From contig OY970303.1 of assembly GCA_963716255.1 (NCBI GenBank), positions 5,088,001-5,152,000 on the forward strand: a DNA stretch of 64,000 nucleotides, written 5' to 3'. The stretch comes from an uncultured Gemmatimonadales bacterium (lineage in GTDB: Bacteria > Gemmatimonadota > Gemmatimonadetes > Longimicrobiales > Longimicrobiaceae). Each line of letters starts with the position of its first letter. Positions within the stretch are counted from its first letter, which is position 1. The translations under genes were made by a program, and so were the position numbers. Of the stretch, positions 49,701 to 58,446 are shown piece after piece. The notes beneath the pieces were generated by a model that saw only the letters and a program-made list of their open reading frames with translations, had not been told where the DNA came from and searched no databases.

Positions 49701-50793
49701 TTGCCGGCGCGGCCGCGTCGGTGAAGTCGGGGAGGGAGGCCGTGCCGCTCCAGTCGCTCTCCTGTGGATTCTCGAACCGTGATTCGTCGGAGCGGGCGCT
49801 CCGGTCACCGCGCAGCATCAGCTCGTCCTCGGTGAGCTTCAGGCCGGCGCCGAGCGCCGCGGCGAGGTCCTCCGGCACCAGCCGCGGAACGCGCGGGTAG
49901 CGGCCACGGATGGGGTGGAGGACCTCGTCCTCGCCCACCTCGGAGGCCGGGCGGCTCCAGGGCCGCCCGTCGGGACCCGCCGAGAGGGTCCGGCGGGTGA
50001 GGAGGTCGGACTGCGGGTTCACGAGCAGCGGTTCGCCTGCGTCCCGTCCGAACTGCAGGTGGCGGTCCTTCCACAGCAGGGTCAGCTCGCGGGCGATCGC
50101 GCGGAACCGCGGCGCGGCGGACAGGCTTCGCGCCGGCCGCTCCTTGAGGCCGCGGCGCTCGAGGTCGTCGACCAGGGTGTGGTAGATCGCGGTCGGGATC
50201 TGGCCCACGGTGCGGTGGGTGTCCTTGCAGAGCCTGTAGTCACGCTCCCGGGCGTCGTGCTTGCCGTAGTTGCACGCGACGCAGACGTGGAAGCGCTCGG
50301 ATTGCGGGCGGCCGTCCCTGCGGCGTATCGGGATGGCGCGGCCCCAGATTCCGTACTCGCCCTCGAACGGCAGGGTCCGGGCGGGCGACGCGAATGGGAG
50401 CTGGATGCCGCGCTCCTGCGGCGGCGGGAGCTCGGGAAAGAGGCCCCACCCCCTCGTGTCACGCTCGACGATGGGGTTCGGGCGACCCTCCCGGACGGCC
50501 TGGATCCCGGCGCTGACGACGGCGTTGAGGGCGCGGAGCTCGCGGGTCTCCCGGGCGGTCAGGATCTGCTGCTCGCGCAGGGTGGGACCGGGCGCGGGGG
50601 GCTCCGGGGGCACCAGCATGCCCAGGCGGCGGTCGATGGCCCGGGAGAGGCCGAGGGCGATGTCCCGGACCTGCCTGGCGACGGCTGCCTCGATCTCGCG
50701 CTCCGCCGGGATGGAGCGGAGCGCGGCGGCGATCAGCTCGCCGTTGCTAGGCGGGCCAGCAGCCACGGCTCGCCGGGGTGTCGTTTCATCCAT
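46723..50793 (-). CDS. Large repeat protein, putative T4SS/conjugation-delivered substrate with three BID-like repeats
   Basis: 1356 aa; 3x FR..L..V.ADP..F..AF..L...K...L..L...P..L...AGRL; 2x PQSD..TRRTLSA..DGRP; basic tail RAQKRATPGLDL. Confidence 0.7.
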   Translation of the reverse strand: MDETTPRRAVAAGPPSNGELIAAALRSIPAEREIEAAVARQVRDIALGLSRAIDRRLGMLVPPEPPAPGPTLREQQILTARETRELRALNAVVSAGIQAVREGRPNPIVERDTRGWGLFPELPPPQERGIQLPFASPARTLPFEGEYGIWGRAIPIRRRDGRPQSERFHVCVACNYGKHDARERDYRLCKDTHRTVGQIPTAIYHTLVDDLERRGLKERPARSLSAAPRFRAIARELTLLWKDRHLQFGRDAGEPLLVNPQSDLLTRRTLSAGPDGRPWSRPASEVGEDEVLHPIRGRYPRVPRLVPEDLAAALGAGLKLTEDELMLRGDRSARSDESRFENPQESDWSGTASLPDFTDAAAPARGGFAIYPQSDVATRRTLSATEDGRPRIRAASTVRPDEELIPLRGEYPDVPRISGFAVGVTQSRRHTRGIGDPLFTRGPDGQVLTRHAMHMVPARETGDEARARLDALVDPVASGELSTLRASLGDGTPGEQAAQRIAALEAHLAGARLRALMDPGVRDELRALVTPDLYDAARAAAISRDWTEALHEDRQWEARRAFTRERQIGKVLQNPRLGEEERRARVAAIEERWEPRHLRAGPLAEVTAPTRVPVPGYTGHTGVDEAVGPFEAHPFLDRHTARVNQWLATQHTARVSEWLNGLGVPGLAADAERVAWGLRNGEQDRVLQWLDRVGVARSAFERVASRLAEVDPRTFNARFPPNPGREIGDITPETPIHLRLDAQAALRAAERSNWRDFGGPLPPAAATRAIETYRLESATLQGPLLPPTPGSVATARRRQEAVEEIADTRAAFRVARTEFRDRLRSVVADPGRFVRAFHQLPERTPPGRAKSDSPASKREALDTLATQPGKLEAWLGSAGRLVARQVDGPRGAIPGADTAAAHAEAREAARAGRDYLRAGRDFRRHLRAAGTLMRSPGDRGAPAPIARVYRASPDARPRVADDLIPSSYDADAARTAFRGAVSAIVADPDAFVRAFGRLPLREKREVLRALEVDPSTLPDRIGAAGRLAPSSVDPRWAGLPGAEAAAALRHGPEAARLGNLYVAEQAAFRLQRRAAIRDAGLPGDVTPSQFRWALQAITENRVHALLPGSAELESQLRLTAQRDALSTDRRARGEVLASLDRAYDRLLATAAEFRQQLPVVLADPKAFQDAFRALGAGEKHQVLDVLATRPDDLRGHPKVGDAGRLAPDPAQARAHARAVANHGRHYVEAALAFQDRIRTTAAELGLPEPATRSMVRNALGAEIRGIEQRLARIEPRLSNWDHDPALKRTHASWSTLSPAEQTRVRSVRPQLARAMDRLSGGQALGVSAVGRQPRASLVEHSGQHRAQKRATPGLDL

Positions 50794-51731
50794 TCGGCCC
50801 CTGGGCGCCGGGGTGACAGTGCTGCTGTGACGGCGGGCGCGGACGGTGCCGGCTCCCTGGAGGCATTACCCCGTGATCTCCGACAACAGCATCGGGGCAC
50901 CTGGAACGTAGGGAGGCGACACGGCGGGGCTGGGGAGGCGGGCAGGATGCTAGTGAGCGGTAGTGGCGGGAGGTAAGCGGGCGAGCGGTGTTCCCGGAGG
51001 ACGTGAGCCACTGGCGGGAAGCCGGCATGGGTGGACGGTTGGCGGACTCTACGCGCGGAGTGGCATTACGCCCGAGAAAAGAATCGAGCCACATACAAAT
51101 GATCGCGTACCCTTCAAGCAATGTGCGCCATCGTGATGGTAGTCCCGGTTCTCGGGGTGTGTGTTCCTGGCGGAATTGATGCGGGCGGGAAAAACCGACG
51201 GGAGCCCCGACGCCGAGCTGCGGCGAAGGCGTTGTCACCCGCCGGCCTGGCATCGCTACGAAGTACAGGGGCACGAACGGCGCCCCCACCGCGAACCTCG
51301 CTGGGGGCGTCATTTTGCCCCATCACCCGGCGCTGCTCGCCGCCCTTCTGAAGCGAAAGGCCTCCAACCACAGGTACGGGAGAAATCGCGTGTGGCCTCC
51401 CAGCCAGAAATCGTCCAGGATGACATCGTCGAGGCACACTCGCTGAAAAAAGACGGGGTTGCTGTCCCTTCCAGAGAAAACATCCTCGTTCAGTTGGTTT
51501 CGTTCTGTCCAACCATGTAAATGATGTGTCGATCCATGTTCGGTATTTTTCTCATCTTTTATTGCACCGTTGCTGATCTTACGTTGTGACGGGCCCTGAG
51601 CCGTTCAGAGATGGCCGCGCCGCAACGGGTCCCGACCGAGCTTTCCCGAAGACAAATCGCCTGAGCCGTGGTGTGAGCGTCCTGCTCCTGGCCCGGCGAC
51701 ATACTCGTACACGGCCGCCGGCCTCGCCTAG

Positions 51732-52970
51732 ATGCCACGAAGCTCCTTGCGAAGCAATCCACTGAAGGCCGGCGACCGCACGATCTGCCGAGCGCGGCCT
51801 GGCGACGCAAGAGCGGCCTGGCTGGTCAACGTCGCAGAGGAACGAGAGAGTTTCGCTGGACTGGACGTCCTGCAGGAGTGCGACGATGCCGCTTCGCTCC
51901 TGCTCTGGCAGGGGCTCCGCGATGTGGTCCTATGGGGAACGACGGCGCCCGCGGACCGAGGTAGCCTGTTCGGCCCATGCGCGCACGCGTCGTTCGTGGA
52001 GATCCGGGCTTCAGCCGAGGTGGATTCGGCCCTCGGGCTGCCACTCGCCTGTCTGTGCGACCTGGTTGCCAGCCCTGCCAACGCCGACCCCGGACTCCTG
52101 GAGATTGCCTGCCTCGCGATCGCAAAGTGGGCCGCGGCCACCCAGCGGACGCGCACCGCACTCCACTTCGCCGAGGCGGCAGCGCTGGTGTGCCCGCGCT
52201 CGCCGGCAGCGGCCGCGGAAGCCGGCGAGCTGGCGCTTCAGCTCGGCCGCCACCAGCGGGCGCATGTATGGCTGCGGTTGGCGGCGGGCCTGAGTCGACG
52301 CAGCCGTGGGTGGAGCATCCATGGAGCGGCGCGTCTGAACCTGGGGCGGCTCTACGCCTTGCGGGGCGATCTCAGAGCCAGCCGGGACTCCCTGCTGGCG
52401 GGCCTGCGCGTGGCGCGCAGGTATCGGCTGGATCGGCTGCGGGGCCGGATCGCCCTGGAGCTGTTTCGAGTGTGCAGGATGAACGCCGATCACCGCGGGG
52501 CCGTACGCTACTCGCGAGTGGCGCAGCGCTTTCTGCACCCGGGGGGGGCGGCGGTGCGTGAGCTGAGACAGGAAGTTGCCGAGTTCTGGATCGAGACCGG
52601 TGAGCCGTGCCGCGCCGTCCGCCTCCTGCAAGGGGCTGCCGTCGCGCGCCACCCCGAAGCGGACCAGATCGCGTGCACGATCCTGCTGTTTCGGGCCGCT
52701 GTCGCCGCACAGGACCGAGTCGCCATGGACACCGCGTGGGACACTGCCACCGTGCTGATTCGCGCACAGGGTGAGACCAATGCGACTGCCCGCCAGCTAC
52801 TCGCCCTTGCAGAGGCCGCCGCGGGCCACATCGAGCGAAGCCGCGTAGCCATGGTCGCCGACCAGGCAGCCGGCGAGGCGCGCCGCCGCGGTGACGAGGC
52901 TACAGCGGCCGCCGCGGAGGCGGTCCTTCGCAGGATCGAGGACGCCTGGAGCGGCAGGGTCCCCGCGTGA
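51732..52970 (+). CDS. TPR-like helical protein, paralog of 61371..62663
   Basis: FAGLDVL.E...LRDVVLW...ALHFAEAAAL..P...RAHVWL. Confidence 0.8.
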   Translation: MPRSSLRSNPLKAGDRTICRARPGDARAAWLVNVAEERESFAGLDVLQECDDAASLLLWQGLRDVVLWGTTAPADRGSLFGPCAHASFVEIRASAEVDSALGLPLACLCDLVASPANADPGLLEIACLAIAKWAAATQRTRTALHFAEAAALVCPRSPAAAAEAGELALQLGRHQRAHVWLRLAAGLSRRSRGWSIHGAARLNLGRLYALRGDLRASRDSLLAGLRVARRYRLDRLRGRIALELFRVCRMNADHRGAVRYSRVAQRFLHPGGAAVRELRQEVAEFWIETGEPCRAVRLLQGAAVARHPEADQIACTILLFRAAVAAQDRVAMDTAWDTATVLIRAQGETNATARQLLALAEAAAGHIERSRVAMVADQAAGEARRRGDEATAAAAEAVLRRIEDAWSGRVPA

Positions 52971-53635
52971 CCCCTCGACGCTGGCAGGAGCCGCCCATGC
53001 TCAGGCTGAGAGGGGAAGGCTCACCCGCATGGAGGCGGCGGATCAGGCGGGAGCTGGAGCCGATCCTCGGCGCGGGTGCGTACGCGGTGGTCGAGACCAT
53101 GAGCGCGGTGAGGGCCTGGCTGTGTGCCGCTGCTGCGGCCGCACCGGCAGTGGTTGTGGATCCGCAGCCACGTCGTGATGTCGCCGCTCCGGGTGACGTC
53201 AGCGCGCCAGCCACCCTGTCGGAGTCACTGGCTTCGCTTGGCTACGCCATTGAAGCCGGCATCCTTCACCTCCCGTCCGGCTGTCAAGCCTTGGCTCGCT
53301 CCGCAGAAGCAGCTGGCGCCCGCCTGACGGCGTTCCTGTTCGCCAGGCTGGCGCGCGATGCGGGCGCGCGATGCGACCCGTCCCCCATCTACGCCTACGA
53401 GATGGCCCGCCTCGCGGTAGTGATCCCCGAGCTGGCGGTGCTGGGGCGCGAGTGGCTTACCTGGGCAGCGCTCGAAGGACGCCGCACGGCACGCTGGGAC
53501 GTCGCAGCGCTCGCGGTGGCGACGCTCGCCGACCATGTAGACGCGGATGGCGACGTGGCGACAGCCGACCGACTCCGAAGAGTTGCGGAGTGGGCCGAAG
53601 CCCGTGCCCGCGGCCAAGCCCGATCGACCCAATAG
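52967..53635 (+). CDS. Short, diverged member of the same TPR-like family (N-terminal half only)
   Basis: GTGA overlap; CQALARSAEAAGARLTAFLFARLA...AYEMARLA parallels the 51732 and 61371 proteins. Confidence 0.6.
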   Translation: MTPRRWQEPPMLRLRGEGSPAWRRRIRRELEPILGAGAYAVVETMSAVRAWLCAAAAAAPAVVVDPQPRRDVAAPGDVSAPATLSESLASLGYAIEAGILHLPSGCQALARSAEAAGARLTAFLFARLARDAGARCDPSPIYAYEMARLAVVIPELAVLGREWLTWAALEGRRTARWDVAALAVATLADHVDADGDVATADRLRRVAEWAEARARGQARSTQ

Positions 53636-53642
53636 AACAGGA

Positions 53643-54461
53643 ATGAGCGAACAACCCACGCAACTGCTGATCCTGCATGGCGACGAGCGGGTTCGCGCGG
53701 CCATTCCAGAGACCGCCAGCCCAACCTGTACGTGCGCGATCGCTTCGGATTGGCCCGCCCTGACCATGGCCGTCCGCCGTTCGCCGCCTATGGCCGTGGC
53801 TGTCGTCGATCCGTACAGCCGGTGCGGGACTCGACTGGCGCCCGAGCTCCGCTCCCTGCTGGTGTCGTTCCCGTCTCTCACCGTTCTCGCAGCATTGGAG
53901 ATCCCGAAGGCAACCCCTGTCGAGATTCAGACGCTCGCGAGATGGGGAGTTGCCGACGTGGTCGTGATCGGCCACGACGATACGGTTACCGCTCTGCTGT
54001 GCCGCTCGCGGCAGGCACGTACGCGTTCGCTTCACGCACTTCTACACCGTGTCGTTTCGCGGGACCTTCCGGAACGCGCACGTGCGATTCTGTTCGCGAC
54101 AGCACGGTGCGCTGGTGACAGAGCTACCGTCGACGATGTCGCATCGCACGTGGGTGTCTCCTCCCGGACCCTCCTCCGGTGGTGCGCTCAGGCCTCGCTT
54201 CCACCACCGAACGAGATCCTCGCGACTCTCCACGTGTTGATTGCCGCGGAGTTCCTCGATGATCCCGACCGAACCATCCACAGCATCGCGTCCGGCCTGG
54301 GATACGGATCTGAACCCGCGTTGCGTCGTGCCACGCTCGAGGTCGCGGGACTTACGCCGACTCAGCTTCGCGCTCGCGGTGCCGTTTCCACCGCCGTGGG
54401 AGTCGCGCGCGCGCGTCTGGCCTTGACCTGTATCCCGGGATGTGCGCCCACGCCTCCGTGA
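53643..54461 (+). CDS. AraC-family regulator with receiver-like N-terminus, paralog of 60150..60989
   Basis: VVDPY...ELRSLL.SFPS; GVSSRTLLRWC, IASGLGYGSE.ALRRA..GLTP. Confidence 0.85.
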   Translation: MSEQPTQLLILHGDERVRAAIPETASPTCTCAIASDWPALTMAVRRSPPMAVAVVDPYSRCGTRLAPELRSLLVSFPSLTVLAALEIPKATPVEIQTLARWGVADVVVIGHDDTVTALLCRSRQARTRSLHALLHRVVSRDLPERARAILFATARCAGDRATVDDVASHVGVSSRTLLRWCAQASLPPPNEILATLHVLIAAEFLDDPDRTIHSIASGLGYGSEPALRRATLEVAGLTPTQLRARGAVSTAVGVARARLALTCIPGCAPTPP

Positions 54462-54699
54462 GCAGGCTGGCACCCCGGCGCCGCGGTCACGGTGCCGCCC
54501 CGCGCACATTTGGCCTATACGGGTTGGGAGGGATCGCCTGTCCGACACCATGGTCATGTTCGGAACGAACGGTTCAAGTCTGCATTGACATCTGGATCGC
54601 AGCCCGGTAATTGTGGCTGACCAAGCAACAGCCGGTACTAGTGCGGCAATCCTCGTTTCAACGCGGTGGGGGGTGCCCACATGCTACAACCCTCGGATC

Positions 54700-55827
54700 A
54701 TGCGCTTGCCGATGCGAAACGAAGCCAGAATCGCTGCAGCTTTTCTGCTGCTGGCCGTGATGGGGTGCTCGCCCGAGAACGCCGATCAGGGGAGCTCGGG
54801 TGCACACGTGGTCCCCTTCGACGAGGTCTTCCCGCTCCAGGAGACCATCGTGCTGCAGGATCCCCCGGGAAATCCGATCGGAGAACCTTCTTCGATCATC
54901 ATCTGGGGGGACCGGCTCGTCGTCACGGACCTGCTCCAGGCGGACGTGAAGATGTTCGACCGTAGCGGGCGACACGTGGCGACCATCGGGCAGCCCGGGG
55001 ACGGCCCGGGCGAGTTCCGGGCACCGGTTGGAGCCGCGGTGCTGGCCGGCGGTGTCCTGGGCGTCTTCGACCCGAGGTTGCATCGCCTCTCGTTCTTCAC
55101 CGCAGACGGCCGGCCCCAGGACCAGGTCGGAGTGCCCTTGCACTCGATCACCTCCTTCCAGGGGATCGACTCCGCCCATGTGCTCTACACGGGCACGCTC
55201 CGAGCAAGCACCACGGCGGAAGCCCGGGTCCAATCCCAGGAGGGTTCGAAGTCGGTGCACATCCTCGACCCTCAGGGGACGGTGCTTCGCTCCTTCCACC
55301 AGGTCGAGCCACCCTCCCGCATGTACGAGGCGAACTTCTCGCTGGTGGTCGCTGCCCCGGTCGGCGGCAAGGTGGTGTCCGCTTCCTTCGGGTCGAACCG
55401 AATCCACATCTCCGACCGCGCCGCAAGGAGCGAGACGGTCGTCGCACTCGGCGCTGAGTCCTATCGGGAGCCGCAGTGGCCGAAGCGCGAGTTGCCAGGG
55501 GGGCTCACCGTTCTGAGCGAGTGGGCGAACCAGCAGATGTGGACGTCCCGCATTGTAGCCCTGGATTCCACGACCTTCGCGGTCGGGTTCACGATGCCGG
55601 ATGCTCGCAAGCCAAAGGAGCGGGTGTTTCGTTACGAGGTGGCTACCGTGGCCGGCCAGGCACTGTTCGCCACGTCTCTGACGAACCGCGTCCTCATGTT
55701 CGTCCATCGCGGGTGTGGGGTGTTCGTCAATCGGCGAGAGGATGCGACGACCGAGATCGAGTTCCGCGAGGTCGACCTCAATCCCCGAAAAAAGGCCGTG
55801 CCCCAGCGCTGTGCCGCGCAGGCATGA
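54700..55827 (+). CDS. 6-bladed beta-propeller (NHL-like) lipoprotein
   Basis: Lipobox VMGC; VKMFDRSGRHVATIGQPGDGPGEFRAP. Confidence 0.85.
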   Translation: MRLPMRNEARIAAAFLLLAVMGCSPENADQGSSGAHVVPFDEVFPLQETIVLQDPPGNPIGEPSSIIIWGDRLVVTDLLQADVKMFDRSGRHVATIGQPGDGPGEFRAPVGAAVLAGGVLGVFDPRLHRLSFFTADGRPQDQVGVPLHSITSFQGIDSAHVLYTGTLRASTTAEARVQSQEGSKSVHILDPQGTVLRSFHQVEPPSRMYEANFSLVVAAPVGGKVVSASFGSNRIHISDRAARSETVVALGAESYREPQWPKRELPGGLTVLSEWANQQMWTSRIVALDSTTFAVGFTMPDARKPKERVFRYEVATVAGQALFATSLTNRVLMFVHRGCGVFVNRREDATTEIEFREVDLNPRKKAVPQRCAAQA

Positions 55828-55869
55828 CCACTCGGATCCGCCTCCGTCCACCGATAACGACAATTGAAC

Positions 55870-56553
55870 ATGCGACTTAGACCCGCCCTGGCTGCTGCCG
55901 CTTGCGTTGCGCTGTTCGTGGCGGGATTCGCCGGCGCCCGCCGCAACTTCCTGGCGGATTTCGGGCGGGCGGAGGACGAGTCGGCGATCAACTCCAGCAC
56001 GGCGAGCGCGGCAGGTGGCCGGATCTCCGATGTGGTTCTGGAGGACCACCGGGGACAGCGACTCCGCCTCTCGGGCCTGACGGAAGGCCGCCCCACGCTG
56101 GTCCTGGTGGTGAGCGCCGAAGACTGCCTCAGCTGCGCGAACTTCCCGGTGGAGATGCGAGTCGTCCGGAACAAGTTTCCCGGCCTGAAGCGCATCATGC
56201 TGGGAACGGGAAAGGACACTGCCTTCTTCCGCGAGTATGGGAGGGAGAAGAGGATCTCTTCCGAGATGGTCCTCGATCCTGGCGGGGAGTTCCTGAAGAG
56301 CGTCGGGGCGGCGGGGCGCACCCCTGCCGTCCTCCTGCTGGACGCGGAGCGGAATGTCCTTCTCTTCGAGCACCGATCGGGACCGGCGTTCTCCGGCTTC
56401 CCGGTTACCGAGCAGCTGCTCGCGGTGCTCCGAGTTCTCAACGCCGCAGGTGCGCCGCGCGTCGCACCTGGCGGCGAGAGGGCCGCTCGTACGAGCGTGC
56501 CCATGCCCGAGCCGGGCGCACCCACCATCTCCACGAGAGGAACGGCTCCATGA
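55870..56553 (+). CDS. Exported thioredoxin-fold/redoxin protein
   Basis: N-terminal hydrophobic segment; VLEDHRGQRLRL, EDCLSC (CxxC), TPAVLLLD. Confidence 0.8.
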   Translation: MRLRPALAAAACVALFVAGFAGARRNFLADFGRAEDESAINSSTASAAGGRISDVVLEDHRGQRLRLSGLTEGRPTLVLVVSAEDCLSCANFPVEMRVVRNKFPGLKRIMLGTGKDTAFFREYGREKRISSEMVLDPGGEFLKSVGAAGRTPAVLLLDAERNVLLFEHRSGPAFSGFPVTEQLLAVLRVLNAAGAPRVAPGGERAARTSVPMPEPGAPTISTRGTAP

Positions 56554-56822
56554 ACCATTCCCGCACGACCTCACGCACTCGCTGGGCCCTCTTCGCGTTC
56601 GTCCTCGCGCTGGCCGCGGGGAGCGGCCTCGGGACCCTCTCCGCGGAGGAGACCGGGTACTCGCTGAAGGCGAGCGCGATGCCGAGCACGACCGGCACGA
56701 CCCAGAACTGGTGGTGTGAGACCAGCTGCCCCAAGGACCAGCAGGGAGTGAAGTGCTGCTACATCCGCGCGAACAGCACCGGCGACGAGGAGGCCTCCAG
56801 CGGCAACGACACGGCGAACTGA
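56550..56822 (+). CDS. Secreted Cys-rich small peptide 1 (90 aa)
   Basis: ATGA-coupled to the redoxin, GAGG RBS, Sec signal, WWCETSCPKDQQGVKCCYI. Confidence 0.75.
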   Translation: MNHSRTTSRTRWALFAFVLALAAGSGLGTLSAEETGYSLKASAMPSTTGTTQNWWCETSCPKDQQGVKCCYIRANSTGDEEASSGNDTAN

Positions 56823-56906
56823 CGGACCAGATCGGCTTTCCCATGCCCGGCTTTCACGCGTTAGCTCGAACTTCACGAAGCGACTTCCATGCTGACGGAG
56901 ACGACC

Positions 56907-57155
56907 ATGAGACGCACGAACTTCCGCCGCACCGTCCTCACCGCCCTCTCGGTCCTCGCCTTCGGGCTGAGCGCGGGTCACGCCTCCGCGACGTACGACC
57001 CGCCCCCGACGATCGACGAGAGCCCCGTGGGGACCGGCGGGGACGAGCAGGGCCCGGGCCCCAAGGGGTTCGACTGGTACGGTCCACGCAAGGGGATGTG
57101 CACCTCGCTGAGCTGTGCGCCCAACCAGTCGTGCTGCATGATCGGCAACGCGTGA
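56907..57155 (+). CDS. Secreted Cys-rich small peptide 2 (82 aa)
   Basis: GGAG RBS, Sec signal ending ASA, WYGPRKGMCTSLSCAPNQSCCMI. Confidence 0.78.
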   Translation: MRRTNFRRTVLTALSVLAFGLSAGHASATYDPPPTIDESPVGTGGDEQGPGPKGFDWYGPRKGMCTSLSCAPNQSCCMIGNA

Positions 57156-57317
57156 CGTACGGCGGTCGGGTCCCGGCCGCTTCCGAGTGACGTCGTCGCA
57201 CGCACGATCAGAACGGTCGGGCGCATGCCCCTTCCAGCGGTCGCCGGTGAATCCGGTGGGAGGGGCGTGCGCCCGATCAGGTCAACTCAACTTACACCAG
57301 TCCCGAGCTCACCCTTG

Positions 57318-58433
57318 ATGATCCCTTCCCGCCTGACCACTTGCATCCGCCTTCTCGTCGCGGGAGTCGTAGGGGTGTTCGCGGCGCTTTCGACGACAGC
57401 CTGCGCCGGCGATGTCGCACCCCGCAGCGACACCGACAAGCCCGTCCCGTTCAACTCGGTTTTCGCGGAGATACGCCAGGTGGCGCTCCACCCCTCCTCC
57501 TCCGACCCGATCGGCGAGGTCTGGAGCCTGGTCAGGTGGCGGGGCGGGCTGGTCGTCCTGGACCCGCTGCAGACCAACGTGAAGGTGTTCGACGACCAGG
57601 GCCAGCTGCGCCAGACCATCGGCCAGGCGGGATCCGGCCCCGGGGAGTTCCGCTACCCCTACGCCGCGGCTGCCCTGGCGGACGGCAGGCTGGCGGTCCT
57701 CGACGTCGCCAGCATGACGATGTCCATCTTCCGGCCCGACGGTGCGTACGAGCGCGGGTGGCTCGTCCCCGTGGCCTCCCCCGGGCAGATCACCCCGATG
57801 GAAGGTGGGAGGCGGCTGCTGATCCCCGCGGAGCGGACCGAGACACGCGGCGAGCGCACGGCCAGACATCCGGGCCGGAAGGCTTTGCACGTATTCGACC
57901 TGGACGGGACGCTGGTCCAGTCGTACTCCGCTGTCCCCACGCAAAGGCAGGGAGAAGGCAGCTTCTTCACCCTGATGGGCACGGCCGTGGGAGCCACGGG
58001 GGTCTCGGTGCCGATGAGCCGCAACACCGTGCGCCACGTGGACCTGCAGTCCGGACGCGAATGGGTGGCGCCTGTGGGGTCGAAGATCTACGTGCCACCG
58101 GCCTGGCCGAAGGGGCGCTTCCCCGACCTCAGCGCCCTGGACGAGTGGGCCACGAGGCAGATGTGGACGAAGGGGATCGTCGCGGTCGACTCCAGCCACT
58201 ACGCGGTGAAATTCGTCACCTACCCCGGGGGCAAGCCGTTGTACCACTATGCCGTCGCGAGGAGCGACGGTACGACGGTGGCTGTTTGCGATCCGACTTC
58301 ATGGGACCTGCACCTGGTCGAGAATGGCGTCGGGTACGCCACCCGGACGGACGAGGAGGGGAACGTCACCGTCGCAATGCTCCGCATCCAGCTTCCCGGT
58401 GCGGCGGTTCCCCGGCGCCTGGGCCAGCGGTAG
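57318..58433 (+). CDS. 6-bladed beta-propeller lipoprotein, paralog of 54700..55827
   Basis: TTAC lipobox-like; VKVFDDQGQLRQTIGQAGSGPGEFRYP; shared EWAxxQMWT..IVA.DS. Confidence 0.85.
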   Translation: MIPSRLTTCIRLLVAGVVGVFAALSTTACAGDVAPRSDTDKPVPFNSVFAEIRQVALHPSSSDPIGEVWSLVRWRGGLVVLDPLQTNVKVFDDQGQLRQTIGQAGSGPGEFRYPYAAAALADGRLAVLDVASMTMSIFRPDGAYERGWLVPVASPGQITPMEGGRRLLIPAERTETRGERTARHPGRKALHVFDLDGTLVQSYSAVPTQRQGEGSFFTLMGTAVGATGVSVPMSRNTVRHVDLQSGREWVAPVGSKIYVPPAWPKGRFPDLSALDEWATRQMWTKGIVAVDSSHYAVKFVTYPGGKPLYHYAVARSDGTTVAVCDPTSWDLHLVENGVGYATRTDEEGNVTVAMLRIQLPGAAVPRRLGQR

Positions 58434-58446
58434 GAACAGGACGTCG

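Noticed and set aside
54585..54613. Perfect TTGACA upstream of the propeller/peptide cluster
   Set aside because: No good -10 hexamer at 16-18 bp spacing
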